DNA of 64,000 bases from an uncultured bacterium (GTDB lineage Bacteria; Desulfobacterota_D; UBA1144; Nemesobacterales; UBA2774): the NCBI GenBank assembly GCA_963825135.1, contig CAWGRW010000009.1:2400001-2464000 (forward strand). The letters are read 5' to 3'. Of the stretch, positions 33,153 to 43,423 are shown piece after piece. Under the pieces are notes generated by a model, which saw only the letters and a list, made by a program, of their open reading frames with translations, had not been told where the DNA came from and searched no databases. How positions within the stretch are numbered: the first letter of the stretch is position 1; each line of letters starts with the position of its first letter. The position numbers and the translations under genes are program-made.

Positions 33153-34409
33153 TCAGGACCCGGCCAGGGCCTCTATCGCCCCCGTAAGATATAAAGACCC
33201 GGCAATGCAGGCGGGCCCTCTCTCATTCAGCAGCTCCGCATATGCCTTCCTGTAATCCTTCTCCGTCCTTACCATGCCCGGAAATATTTCCGAGATTTTC
33301 TTCGCGAGCGCCTCAGCGCTGATAGCCCTCTCCGACTCTATTTCGGTAACCAGGAACCTTTCGGCTATCGGAGCTAACTCCCTTATAAACCGGCTATGGT
33401 CCTTGTCCCCGAGCATCCCGACGAGGAACGTGAATTTACGGGAGGGATACATCTGTTTAAGCGATGCGGCGAGAGCCTTCGCGCCTGCCGGGTTGTGTGC
33501 GCTGTCGAGGATGAGCGGTGGGTCGCCTCTCAGCACCTCGAACCTCCCGCGCCAGTCTATACCGAGGAGCCCTTTTCTCAGGTCCTTTTCCCCGATTCTT
33601 ATACCGTGAAATTCGGACAACACTTCGAGGGCGGCGACCGCGACAGACAGGTTTTCTATCTGGTACATGCCCCGGAGGTTCGAGCGGAGTCCCCGGAGGC
33701 TCCACACGCTGCCCGTGTAGTCGAAACTGTCCGTACTTTCACCCCTCGATGAGAAGTCCCTTCCGTAAACCTTTAGCGGAGACAGATGTCTGGAGGCGTA
33801 TTCGGAGATGACCCCGAGCGCTCTCCCCTTGGCCCCCGTTACGGAGGGGACCCCCCGCTTTATGATGCGGGCCTTCTCCGCCGCTATTTCCCCTAACGTC
33901 CCGCCGAGATAATCCGTATGGTCTTTCGATATATTGGTTATGACCGATACGAGAGGGGTAATTACGTTCGTAGCGTCCCATCTGCCGCCCATGCCCACCT
34001 CAAGCACGCTGAAATCGACCCCTGACTCGGCGAAATATACGAACCCGGCCGCGGTCAGCACCTCGAAATAGCTTGGATCCCCCGGGAGGGATTTTTCAGC
34101 CGCTTTCTTCACACGGGAAATTAGCCCGGCGAGGTCAGGGCCGTCGATTTCGTCCCCGTTTATTTTTATCCGTTCCGTAACACTCTTCAGATGAGGGGAG
34201 GTATACGCGCCTGTCTTCCGGCCCCCGGCCATGAGGACGGACGCAATGGCGGCCGCCGCCGACCCCTTGCCGTTCGTCCCCCCGATTATTATTCCGGGTG
34301 CTTTGTTCTGAGGGTTTCCCAGTGTTTCGAGGAGCTTCCTGATCCGGGACAGGCCGGGTTTTATGTCATGCAGTCCGAGTCTGTCTAGGTATAAATAGGC
34401 GTTTTCCAT
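33153..34409 (-). CDS. folC: Folylpolyglutamate synthase/dihydrofolate synthase
   Basis: GTNGKGS, YTSPHL, EVGMGGRWDATN, LDSAHN and GSLYL motifs. Confidence 0.94.
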   Translation of the reverse strand: MENAYLYLDRLGLHDIKPGLSRIRKLLETLGNPQNKAPGIIIGGTNGKGSAAAAIASVLMAGGRKTGAYTSPHLKSVTERIKINGDEIDGPDLAGLISRVKKAAEKSLPGDPSYFEVLTAAGFVYFAESGVDFSVLEVGMGGRWDATNVITPLVSVITNISKDHTDYLGGTLGEIAAEKARIIKRGVPSVTGAKGRALGVISEYASRHLSPLKVYGRDFSSRGESTDSFDYTGSVWSLRGLRSNLRGMYQIENLSVAVAALEVLSEFHGIRIGEKDLRKGLLGIDWRGRFEVLRGDPPLILDSAHNPAGAKALAASLKQMYPSRKFTFLVGMLGDKDHSRFIRELAPIAERFLVTEIESERAISAEALAKKISEIFPGMVRTEKDYRKAYAELLNERGPACIAGSLYLTGAIEALAGS

Positions 34410-34539
34410 GGCATAAATCCCGACAGGGGGAGATTATATCATGAAAAGACCGGGTTTATTCGTTTTGAAACTTTTCTGATGGTAATAATTTCCAAATAAT
34501 AATATTGACCTCTTGATATTCCTTCCACTTTGATTTATT

Positions 34540-34558
34540 ATTGATAACTAATATCAAT
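34540..34558. promoter_or_regulatory. Fur-box-like inverted repeat upstream of fur
   Basis: ATTGATAACTAATATCAAT; the core TGATAAC-T-AATATCA differs at 2 positions from the 7-1-7 consensus TGATAAT-N-ATTATCA. It lies about 20 bp before the start codon. Confidence 0.7.
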
Positions 34559-34577
34559 TTCACAGGGAGCGTTAAAA

Positions 34578-35042
34578 ATGACTCCTGTAGCTCAGATGAA
34601 GATGGACAGAAGAAAGACCTTCAACGAGTTCATATCCAGGAAGCGGCTCAAGTCCACGAAGCAGAGGGACGTAATCTTCGAGGAGTTTTTCGGCAATTAC
34701 ATGGGCAGGCACGTTACCGTGGAGGAGCTCTACGAGGATATAAAGCGCAAGTACCCTCATATCGGGTTTGCGACCGTCTACAGGACTCTCAAGCTCTTCA
34801 GGGAGAGCGGCATTGCTTCCGAACGCAATTTCGGCGACGGCAAGGCCCGATACGAGCCCATACGCTCCGAGCGCGAGCACCATCACCACATGATCTGCAC
34901 CGAGTGCGGAAAGATTTACGAATTCGCCAACAACCAGGTCGAATCGTGTCTGAACCAGATCGCGAAGTTAAACGAGTTCAAGCTGGAGAACCACAAGCTC
35001 GAAATCTACGGCCTCTGTTCTTCATGCAGGGAAAACAGATAA
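34578..35042 (+). CDS. fur: Fur family transcriptional regulator
   Basis: T.QR..I, H.TVEELY, ATVYRTLKL, HHHHMICTECG and C-terminal CxxC. Confidence 0.9.
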   Translation: MTPVAQMKMDRRKTFNEFISRKRLKSTKQRDVIFEEFFGNYMGRHVTVEELYEDIKRKYPHIGFATVYRTLKLFRESGIASERNFGDGKARYEPIRSEREHHHHMICTECGKIYEFANNQVESCLNQIAKLNEFKLENHKLEIYGLCSSCRENR

Positions 35043-35097
35043 TTTACTCGCTGCTTGTTCTTGAATTATACGTACGAAGGGAAGCGCCGGAAATCGT

Positions 35098-35811
35098 TTA
35101 ACCTATCACCCTCACCATCTCTCTCACGGCGTTTTCAAAGCCGACCATCAGGGCCCTCGACACTATGCTGTGCCCGATGTTAAATTCCTCGATCTCTTTA
35201 ATGAGCGCGACCTGGCCCGTGTTTGCGTAATTGAGCCCGTGCCCGGCGGCAACCCTTAGACCGAGATCCGACGCCTTCTTTGCCGCCTTCTTAATCTTTC
35301 TCAGCTCGTCTTCCCTTACCGATGCGCTCACGGATTCGGCATAAGCTCCGGTGTGAATTTCGACCATTTGCGCGCCCGAATCCCCGGACGCTTTTATCTG
35401 CGCCGGGTCCGGGTCTATGAAGAGGCTCACGAAAATGCCCGTGTCTCTCAGCGACTTAACGGTGCGGGTAATGCCCTTTAAATTGCCCGCTACGTCGAGC
35501 CCGCCCTCGGTCGTGAGCTCCTTCCTCTTCTCGGGCACGAGCGTGACCATGTCGGGTTTGACCTCCCGGGCTATGGCCGTCATTTCTTCAGTCGGGGCCA
35601 TCTCCAGGTTGAGCTTCGTTTTTACGGTTTCTCTCAGGATTCGGAGGTCCCTGTCCTGTATGTGTCTGCGGTCCTCTCTCAAGTGGACGACTATCCCGTG
35701 CGCCCCCGCGAGCTCGGCCAGGTACGCGGCCAGAACCGGGTCGGGCTCCCTCCCGCCCCTTGCCTGTCTCACTGTAGCGACGTGGTCGATGTTTACGTTG
35801 AGCCTCGGCAT
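35098..35811 (-). CDS. pdxJ: Pyridoxine 5'-phosphate synthase
   Basis: [34 protein letters not shown] and NIGHS motifs. Confidence 0.96.
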   Translation of the reverse strand: MPRLNVNIDHVATVRQARGGREPDPVLAAYLAELAGAHGIVVHLREDRRHIQDRDLRILRETVKTKLNLEMAPTEEMTAIAREVKPDMVTLVPEKRKELTTEGGLDVAGNLKGITRTVKSLRDTGIFVSLFIDPDPAQIKASGDSGAQMVEIHTGAYAESVSASVREDELRKIKKAAKKASDLGLRVAAGHGLNYANTGQVALIKEIEEFNIGHSIVSRALMVGFENAVREMVRVIG

Positions 35812-37187
35812 CAAACGCCCGTTCCTATGTCCTTTCTTATGGCGTCTGCGAGCTCGTTCGCGATTTCATTGATGAGCGAGATGTCTTCCCCCTCGACCAT
35901 TACCCTCGATATCTGCTCCGTACCCGAATAACGTATATTTATACGTCCCTTCCCGTTCAGGCGGCTCTCGTTCCTGTAGAGGACCTCGTGCAGGCCCTTT
36001 ATCTCGCTGAGGTCTTTCTTCTTTCTAATTTTTATATTGAGAAGGAGCTGCGGATAGAGGTCTATAATTCCGGTGAGCTCGGATAGTTTTTTACCCTCCC
36101 TCTTCATTATCGCCAGCACCTGGAGGGCCGCCAGAGTCCCGTCCCCGGTCGTCGTGTGGTCGAGGAATATGATATGACCCGACTGTTCTCCGCCAAGGTT
36201 GCAGTTCATCGCACGCATGGCTTCCGCGACGTACCTGTCCCCGACCTCCGTCCTGACGAAATCGAGACCCTTACCCCGTATAAAATTTTCGAGCGCCATG
36301 TTGCTCATGAGGGTCGTAACGACCGTATTCCCGCGGAGCGTCCCCCTTTTTATCATCTCGTCCGCGCATATGGCGATTATCTTGTCGCCGTCCACGATCT
36401 CGCCCCTTTCATCGCAGAATATGACCCTGTCCGCGTCCCCGTCTAGTGCGATTCCCAGATCGGCTCCCGTCTCGAGCACCTCTTTTCTTAAAAGCTCCGG
36501 ATTGAGCGAGCCGCATTCGGTGTTGATATTCCTCCCGTCCGGGTGCACCCCTATCGTTACGACATTTGCGCCTAGCTCTTCGAGTATGGTCGGCGAGACC
36601 TTATACGCCGCCCCGTTCGCGCAGTCGAGCACTATCTTTATTCCTTCGAGCGTCATGTCCCTGGGAAAAGAATTTTTCGCGAAAACCACGTATCTGCCGG
36701 GCGCGTCTTCTATCCTGTGGGCCTTTCCGATTTGATCTGTGAATGTTTGGAGGCGGTCCTCTCCGGCGTTATAAATAAGCTCTTCCAGCCTGAGCTCCTC
36801 TTCGTCAGGGAGCTTGAAACCGTTTCTGTCGAAAATTTTGATGCCGTTGTCCTCGTAGGGATTGTGTGAGGCGGATATGACGATTCCCGCGTCGGCGCGC
36901 ATGCTCTGGGTGATGAACGCGATAGCCGGCGTGGGGAGCGGGCCCACCAGGAGCACATCGGCCCCCATGGAGGCAATGCCCGCAGAAAGCGCCTGCTCGA
37001 ATATATAACCCGAAAGCCTCGTATCCTTTCCGATTACGATTTTGGGGTTGTGTGCGGTTTGCCCCTGCCTGAGAATATAAGTAAGGGCTTTTCCGAGCTT
37101 GAGGCTCATTTCCGGGGTCATCGGGTACCGGTTTGCGACCCCCCTGATCCCGTCAGTCCCGAAAAGCCTTTTTCCCGTACGCTCCAA
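35811..37187 (-). CDS. glmM: Phosphoglucosamine mutase
   Basis: [28 protein letters not shown] and RYSGTE motifs. Confidence 0.96.
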   Translation of the reverse strand: MERTGKRLFGTDGIRGVANRYPMTPEMSLKLGKALTYILRQGQTAHNPKIVIGKDTRLSGYIFEQALSAGIASMGADVLLVGPLPTPAIAFITQSMRADAGIVISASHNPYEDNGIKIFDRNGFKLPDEEELRLEELIYNAGEDRLQTFTDQIGKAHRIEDAPGRYVVFAKNSFPRDMTLEGIKIVLDCANGAAYKVSPTILEELGANVVTIGVHPDGRNINTECGSLNPELLRKEVLETGADLGIALDGDADRVIFCDERGEIVDGDKIIAICADEMIKRGTLRGNTVVTTLMSNMALENFIRGKGLDFVRTEVGDRYVAEAMRAMNCNLGGEQSGHIIFLDHTTTGDGTLAALQVLAIMKREGKKLSELTGIIDLYPQLLLNIKIRKKKDLSEIKGLHEVLYRNESRLNGKGRINIRYSGTEQISRVMVEGEDISLINEIANELADAIRKDIGTGV

Positions 37188-37223
37188 AATAATCCTCCTT
37201 CCTAGTTTGTTCCCACTTCCGGC

Positions 37224-38204
37224 CTAATTTGTTTTCACTTCAACCGTCTTGGGTGATTGTTTTGTCAGCCTCAGTATATCTTTGTGCGGGTAGTTCACGC
37301 TCACCTTGAGGCTGTGTGTTTTGCGGTTGCCGGAACCCCTTATGTCGCTCCCGTCCACGTATAATTCTATATCCTTACTGTTAAGATTGTTAATAATACT
37401 GAATGGTCCCTCGAAAGTTAATTCTGTCACGATTTCGCCGTCCGTCTCATATTTCATCTCGCCGAAGTTGACGAAGTTTATGACGAGATCGTTAAATTCC
37501 TTCTCCATTATCTTTTCCTTTATATCGACCGTGACCTTTACGGTATTGCCGCCCGTGAGCTCGACGAGGCTGTAGGGCGAGCGGATAGGGACTTCAATTG
37601 TGAACTTCGACTTTTCTCCCTTGAGGGAAACCGGGTCGGTCCCTACAGTGCTTATCCTCTTGAGGAGCTTCTCCGGTCCCTTGATCCAGACTGATTTCGG
37701 AGTCACGATCGGTTTCCCGGAAATTTCGAAACCCGTATCCGGCTGCCCGATCACGGGCTCGACCTCCACCTCTTTCTGCGTAGCCCTGTCTATGTCCAGG
37801 TTTATCTCGGAAGGGCTTATTGCGGTCACCTGTACGTCGCGCGGCAGTATTATCTGGTCCGTCCTTATCTCGAACATCGAGGCGCCCGTGGTGAGGTTGG
37901 AAAGGTCGATGGTGAAGACCATGTCTTTCGGAGAAATCGACGACAGCTGGCTCCTGGGCCCCCTGGCCCTGATATTCAGCTTCTCGGGCGGGTTGTTGAC
38001 GACGATCAGCCCTTTGGGGAGGTTCGCGTAGTTCACATCGATTGAAATACTCTTCTCTACGTCGTGCTGGAGGTTGGCGACGAACCACAGCGAAACCGCG
38101 ATTAACAGCGCAAGCACCTTTTTGCCGGCGTCTTTGATTAAGGGTTCTTTTTCCTTCCCCCTGTATCCTCTCGGGCCGGGCGCTCCTTTTGACCAGTCTG
38201 TCAT
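37224..38204 (-). CDS. cdaR: CdaR/YbbR-domain protein
   Basis: N-terminal TM helix K..ALLIAV.LW followed by beta-rich YbbR-like repeats. Lies between cdaA and glmM. Confidence 0.8.
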   Translation of the reverse strand: MTDWSKGAPGPRGYRGKEKEPLIKDAGKKVLALLIAVSLWFVANLQHDVEKSISIDVNYANLPKGLIVVNNPPEKLNIRARGPRSQLSSISPKDMVFTIDLSNLTTGASMFEIRTDQIILPRDVQVTAISPSEINLDIDRATQKEVEVEPVIGQPDTGFEISGKPIVTPKSVWIKGPEKLLKRISTVGTDPVSLKGEKSKFTIEVPIRSPYSLVELTGGNTVKVTVDIKEKIMEKEFNDLVINFVNFGEMKYETDGEIVTELTFEGPFSIINNLNSKDIELYVDGSDIRGSGNRKTHSLKVSVNYPHKDILRLTKQSPKTVEVKTN

Positions 38205-38213
38205 GGGGTTCGG

Positions 38214-39044
38214 TCAGGTGTTCGCTTGATCACCTTCCTCCTTTTCCATTATCTCTCCGAAGATATCGGCCCTGGTCCTCTTCGGCCTTTTTATACCCAG
38301 GGAATCCAGGAGCTGGTTGTGGAGCGATGTGGCGTCGAGTCCCCTTTTTATCTCCCCCCCCGCCGCAAGCGAAATATTGCCGGTCTCTTCCGAGACGACT
38401 ATTACGACAGCGTCAGTCTCCAGGGTGAGCCCTATGGCCGCCCTGTGTCTCGTACCGAGCTCGCGCTCGAGATCGGGGTCCGTGGCGAGCGGGAAGAACG
38501 ACCCCGCCGAGATGATCCTGTTCCCGACTATGATGATCCCCCCGTCGTGAAGAGGGGAGGAGGGGTTGAATATGCTTATTATCAGCTCCCTCGATACGAA
38601 GGCGTCGATCCTCATCCCTATATCTATGAAATCCGAGAGGCTGTTGTTCCTTTCTATCGCGATCAGCGCGCCGATGTGGCGGTTAGCCATGTAGCTCGCC
38701 GCTTTCACTATCTCTTCCGAAGAGAGCACCTTCGATTTTCCCGGGGATATCCTGAGGAGAAACGGCCTTCTGCCTAAAGCCGCGAGACCCCTCCTTATGT
38801 CGTTCTGGAAGAGGATGACGACTATGATGATAATAGAGCCCAGGAACTGACCCAGGATCCAGTTGAGTGTGAAGAGGCCCCTCTGGGATACATAGTATAA
38901 GACTATAAGGAGCACGAAACCGAAGAGCACCTGGAGGGCGCGCGTCCCTTCGAGCATCCTGAGCACGTAGTAGATGATGAATGCGACGAGCATTATATCC
39001 AGCGTGTCCCAGATGTATCTGTAATTAATAACCGCGTCGAACAT
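38214..39044 (-). CDS. cdaA: Diadenylate cyclase CdaA (DacA)
   Basis: Three N-terminal TM helices plus a DAC domain with LHDGG, GTRHRAA and VSEETG motifs. Confidence 0.93.
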   Translation of the reverse strand: MFDAVINYRYIWDTLDIMLVAFIIYYVLRMLEGTRALQVLFGFVLLIVLYYVSQRGLFTLNWILGQFLGSIIIIVVILFQNDIRRGLAALGRRPFLLRISPGKSKVLSSEEIVKAASYMANRHIGALIAIERNNSLSDFIDIGMRIDAFVSRELIISIFNPSSPLHDGGIIIVGNRIISAGSFFPLATDPDLERELGTRHRAAIGLTLETDAVVIVVSEETGNISLAAGGEIKRGLDATSLHNQLLDSLGIKRPKRTRADIFGEIMEKEEGDQANT

Positions 39045-39066
39045 CACGTTCCTGTCGTTATTGTAT

Positions 39067-39984
39067 TTACCGCGCGGAGGCCACCGCATCCGCGATTCTA
39101 ACGGCCTGCTTCATCGAGGCCACGTCGTGCACCCTCACGACCGAAGCCCCGTTCATGATTCCTATTGCGACTGTCGCCGCGGTGCCCAGCAGCCTGTCTT
39201 CCGGACCGCCGCACGTTATTTTCTCGATAAACGATTTATTCGAAGTGCCGATCATTACCGGCATACCCAGTTCCCCGAACCTGTCGAGGTTCTTCAGGAT
39301 AACCAGGTTCTGCTCCGCAGTCTTTCCGAACCCGAAGCCCGGGTCGACGAGTATTCCGTCCGCTTTCACCCCGCATGCGAGCGCTTTATCGACGGACTTC
39401 CTGAGCGAATCCGATATGTCCTCGATCAAGGAGCGGTATCCGGTCTTGCGCTGCATATCGACGGGGCGTGAGGGCGTATGCATCACCACTAGCCCCGCTC
39501 CGTACTCCGAGGCCGCCTCGGCGATCCCGCGCGAGTACGTAAGCCCGCTTATGTCGTTGACTATCGACGCCCCTTCCCGGAGAGCCTCGCGCGCCACCTT
39601 TTCCTTTGTGGTATCTATCGAGAGTACCACGTCGTACCTCTTTTGAATCTCGCTGATTACCGGGATTACTCTCCTTAATTCCTCTTCCTCCGAAACCCCC
39701 GTCGAGCCGGGCCTCGTCGATTCGCCCCCGATATCGATAATGTCCGCCCCTTCCTCTATCATTTCCCCCGCGCGCCTGAGGGCGGAATTCGTGTCCGCGT
39801 ATCTCCCGCCGTCGTGGAAGGAGTCCGGAGTAACGTTGAGTATGCCCATGATGTGGGTTCTTTCATGGAGTCTCAGCGCCCTGTCCCTGCATTTGAATAA
39901 TATGGCCGGTAGTGCGGGTATAGGACTGTTGCCTGTTTCGTTTTCGAAAGGCTTGCCGTAAGTGTCAGCTTCTTTCTGCTGCAT
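39067..39984 (-). CDS. folP: Dihydropteroate synthase
   Basis: MGILNVTPDSF.DGG, GGESTRPG, DPGFGFGK and RVHDV motifs. Confidence 0.96.
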   Translation of the reverse strand: MQQKEADTYGKPFENETGNSPIPALPAILFKCRDRALRLHERTHIMGILNVTPDSFHDGGRYADTNSALRRAGEMIEEGADIIDIGGESTRPGSTGVSEEEELRRVIPVISEIQKRYDVVLSIDTTKEKVAREALREGASIVNDISGLTYSRGIAEAASEYGAGLVVMHTPSRPVDMQRKTGYRSLIEDISDSLRKSVDKALACGVKADGILVDPGFGFGKTAEQNLVILKNLDRFGELGMPVMIGTSNKSFIEKITCGGPEDRLLGTAATVAIGIMNGASVVRVHDVASMKQAVRIADAVASAR

Positions 39985-40112
39985 AGAAATCCTTTTTCCG
40001 GTTTCTATTCTTCATAGCAGGAGCCCTGTACCCAAAGCTCTTGTCGCGGAAAATTTATTTTTTAATTCTACTTTCTTTGTCGCAAAAACAGACGGGAGCC
40101 GGCTTGGTGGAA

Positions 40113-42005
40113 TCAAGCGTCTTTGGTGCTGCTGTTCCTGAGTGCTACCGATCCTTCGGAACCAATGGGTTTTTCCCAGGGGGACGGAAATTCTTTCGAT
40201 TTGAAACCGGTTACAAGCGCATCGAGCTCCTTGCCGTCTATTACCTCTTTATCCAGAAGGACCTCGGTCAGTCGGTGGAGCAGGTCGATGTTTTCCTCCA
40301 GGACAGCTTTTGCCTTTGCGTAGTTGTCGTGCACAATCCTTCTTATCTCGTTGTCTATCTCGACGGCTGTTTCTTCACTGTAGTCTTTCGGTCTCGCGAT
40401 TTCCTTTCCGAGGAATATCTGCTCCTCGCCCTTACCGAAAGTTATAGGGCCCACCTTCTCGCTCATCCCCCACTCGCATACCATCTTGCGGGCGATCTCC
40501 GTAACCCTCTCCAGGTCATTTCCCGCGCCGCTCGTCCTTTCGCCGAACACGATCTCCTCCGCCGCTCGTCCTCCGAGAAGGACCATGATCGTGGCGTTGA
40601 GGCTCGTTCTTGAGAGCGTGTACTTATCTTCTATGGGGAGCTGCTGAGTGACGCCCAGGGCCATGCCCCTGGGTATGATCGTCACCTTGTGGATGGGGTC
40701 CGTACCCGGGGTCAGCCTGGCCACGAGGGCGTGTCCCGCCTCGTGATAGGCCGTGATCTTCTTCTCGGCGTCGCTTATAATAAGGCTTTTCCTTTCGACG
40801 CCCATTATCACCTTGTCTTTTGCGTACTCGAAATCTTCCATGGTAATTTTAGCCCTGCCGAAGCGGGCCGCGTGAAGCGCCGCTTCGTTCACGAGGTTCT
40901 CGAGGTCGGCTCCGGAAAATCCCGGCGTCGATCGCGCGATAACCGTGAGGGCCACATCTTCGTCGAGGGGGGTGTTTTTCGAGTGGACCTTGAGTATCTC
41001 CTCCCTTCCCCTCACGTCGGGCCTCGGGACGACTACCTGCCTGTCGAACCTCCCGGGTCTGAGAAGTGCCGGGTCGAGAACGTCCGGACGGTTGGTTGCT
41101 GCCATGACTATGATTCCTTCATTGGATTCGAAGCCGTCCATTTCAACCAGGAGCTGGTTAAGTGTCTGCTCCCTTTCATCGTGCCCGCCGCCGAGTCCCG
41201 CGCCTCGGTGTCTGCCTACGGCGTCGAGCTCGTCTACGAATATAATGCAAGGCGCGTGGCGCTTCGCCTGAACGAAGAGGTCCCTTACCCTCGACGCTCC
41301 CACGCCGACGAACATTTCCACGAAATCGCTGCCGCTTATGATGAAGAAAGGCACGCCCGCTTCGCCCGCTATGGCTTTAGCCAGGAGCGTTTTACCCGTT
41401 CCGGGAGGGCCTACCAGAAGAATACCCTTTGGGATCCTTCCTCCGAGCTTCGTGAATTTCTTCGGGCTCTTCAGAAACTCCACAATCTCCTGGACCTCTT
41501 CCTTCGCCTCGTCGATTCCGGCTACGTCCTTGAACGTAATCTTGTTCTGGTTTTCCGTGAGCATCCTCGCCCTGTTTTTGCCGAAGGACATAGCTTTAGT
41601 GCCGCCCGCCTGGAGTTGCCTCATGAAGACGACCATTATCACTATGAGAAGCACCAGCGGCGCCCAATTAAGCAGCATATGCGTTAGCGAGCCTTCCTTG
41701 TCGGAGTCGAACTTGAAGGTTATTCCTTTTTTATCCAGCTTGCCGATTAGGTCGTCGCTCGCGGGGCCCACGGTTTTAAAGCCGTCCGCCGACTGGTCTC
41801 CTGCGGGGTTCGTGTACTGGCCCTTGATTTCCTCGCCCTTGAACTCGAGGTCCTTGACCTCTCCCTTTTCAACATTCGAAAGGAAATCGCTGTAGGGTAT
41901 CTCCTGGACATTGGTCCTTGGGGTATGCACCAATTGGTAGAGCGCTATGATGGCGACGAATATGACTAACCATAACACCAAGTTTTTAAATAGCTGGCTA
42001 TTCAC
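40113..42005 (-). CDS. ftsH: ATP-dependent zinc metalloprotease FtsH
   Basis: Two TM helices, [22 protein letters not shown] and HEAGH motifs. Confidence 0.97.
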   Translation of the reverse strand: MNSQLFKNLVLWLVIFVAIIALYQLVHTPRTNVQEIPYSDFLSNVEKGEVKDLEFKGEEIKGQYTNPAGDQSADGFKTVGPASDDLIGKLDKKGITFKFDSDKEGSLTHMLLNWAPLVLLIVIMVVFMRQLQAGGTKAMSFGKNRARMLTENQNKITFKDVAGIDEAKEEVQEIVEFLKSPKKFTKLGGRIPKGILLVGPPGTGKTLLAKAIAGEAGVPFFIISGSDFVEMFVGVGASRVRDLFVQAKRHAPCIIFVDELDAVGRHRGAGLGGGHDEREQTLNQLLVEMDGFESNEGIIVMAATNRPDVLDPALLRPGRFDRQVVVPRPDVRGREEILKVHSKNTPLDEDVALTVIARSTPGFSGADLENLVNEAALHAARFGRAKITMEDFEYAKDKVIMGVERKSLIISDAEKKITAYHEAGHALVARLTPGTDPIHKVTIIPRGMALGVTQQLPIEDKYTLSRTSLNATIMVLLGGRAAEEIVFGERTSGAGNDLERVTEIARKMVCEWGMSEKVGPITFGKGEEQIFLGKEIARPKDYSEETAVEIDNEIRRIVHDNYAKAKAVLEENIDLLHRLTEVLLDKEVIDGKELDALVTGFKSKEFPSPWEKPIGSEGSVALRNSSTKDA

Positions 42006-42124
42006 TTTTACCTCATTTTATTAGAAATTAACTTAAGACAACCTCTGAAAAGGATAGCACACCGGTATCAGCTTTTCAACCTAGAATCCCTAATTATGAG
42101 GGATAATTACATAGTTTACCACGA

Positions 42125-43060
42125 CTATTGCCCTCTGTCGAAAAGTCCGGTGCTCAGATATCTTTCTCCGGTATCGCAAAATATAGTCACGACGTTCTTG
42201 CCTTTACCGAGCTTTTTGGCGACTTTTAGGGCCGCGGCTCCGGCCGCTCCGGCGGATATTCCGATCAGAAGCCCCTCTTTCACAGCCGCGTTTCTGGCGA
42301 AGCTCCTTGCTTCCTTTCCGCTTATTCGAATGACCTCGTCGTAAATATTTACGTTCAGTATTTCGGGCACGAACCCGGCGCCGATGCCCTGTATCTCGTG
42401 TACGTGCGGCTTCCCGCCCGAAAGGACGGGAGACTCCTCGGGCTCTACAGCGGCGATGTATATATCAGGGAATTTTTGCCGCAGTATCTCTCCTGCGCCC
42501 GTGATGGTCCCCCCCGTGCCGACTCCCGCGACGAAAGCGTCTATCTTCCCGTCCACCTGCTCCAGTATCTCCGGCCCCGTGTTCGCCCTGTGCGCTTCCG
42601 GGTTCTCCCTGTTTTTGAACTGCTGCGGCATAAATGAATCCTCGTGTCCCTTCAATATCTCTTCGGCTTTCCTCACGGCTCCCTCCATCTGTTCCGATGC
42701 GGGCGTGAGTATCAGCTCGGCGCCGTATGCCGTCAGCAGCTGTCTGCGCTCGAGGCTCATATCGTCGGGCATAGTAAGCACCAGTCTGTAGCCCTTTACG
42801 GCGCAGACGAGGGCAAGCCCTATGCCCGTGTTCCCGCTCGTAGGCTCCACGATGACGCTCTTCCCCGGTCTTATGATTCCCGCCTCCTCGGCCGCCTCGA
42901 TCATTCTGAGGCAGATCCTCTCCTTGACGCTCCCGGCGGGGTTGAGGTTCTCGAGCTTCGCCCATACGGCGGCCGATCCTTCCGGTACGATGCCGCCTAG
43001 CTTGATGATCGGCGTCCCGCCGATAAGGTCCAGAATACTGTCGACTACTCTATCTCTCAT
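42125..43060 (-). CDS. cysK: Cysteine synthase A
   Basis: NPAGSVKER (PLP Lys), EPTSGNTG, GVGTGGT and QGIGAG motifs. Confidence 0.93.
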   Translation of the reverse strand: MRDRVVDSILDLIGGTPIIKLGGIVPEGSAAVWAKLENLNPAGSVKERICLRMIEAAEEAGIIRPGKSVIVEPTSGNTGIGLALVCAVKGYRLVLTMPDDMSLERRQLLTAYGAELILTPASEQMEGAVRKAEEILKGHEDSFMPQQFKNRENPEAHRANTGPEILEQVDGKIDAFVAGVGTGGTITGAGEILRQKFPDIYIAAVEPEESPVLSGGKPHVHEIQGIGAGFVPEILNVNIYDEVIRISGKEARSFARNAAVKEGLLIGISAGAAGAAALKVAKKLGKGKNVVTIFCDTGERYLSTGLFDRGQ

Positions 43061-43111
43061 TTTATCCGGGTTCGGGCGCTTAGAGTTAATCCGGGCCGCC
43101 GCGCGATTCGC

Positions 43112-43309
43112 TTACTTTAAGACCAGGGGCGCGACCTCTGTGAACACACCGCTGTTTTTCCTTTTAAGAGAATCCAGAATGGATCTGACGCCGTCCCAGG
43201 ACGCGTCGGGTTTTCTTATCTCGTTTTTGAGTTTCAGCAGCAGACCCTTCAACTCCTGGTCTTCTATTTTCCTTATGTAGGAATCGAGGGTTTCACCGTT
43301 TTCTTCCAT
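43112..43309 (-). CDS. Small helical hypothetical protein (65 aa)
   Basis: Fills the gap with a plausible RBS and an amphipathic helical composition. No recognised motif. Confidence 0.55.
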   Translation of the reverse strand: MEENGETLDSYIRKIEDQELKGLLLKLKNEIRKPDASWDGVRSILDSLKRKNSGVFTEVAPLVLK

Positions 43310-43423
43310 TTGAATTTCCTGCCTCAAATATCATTTATTTAATATTTCTAACTCAGGTATAATTAACTTTGATTCGCCAAAAGTCAATCATTTATACATG
43401 ATAAAAGGACATTATTCAGCTTA

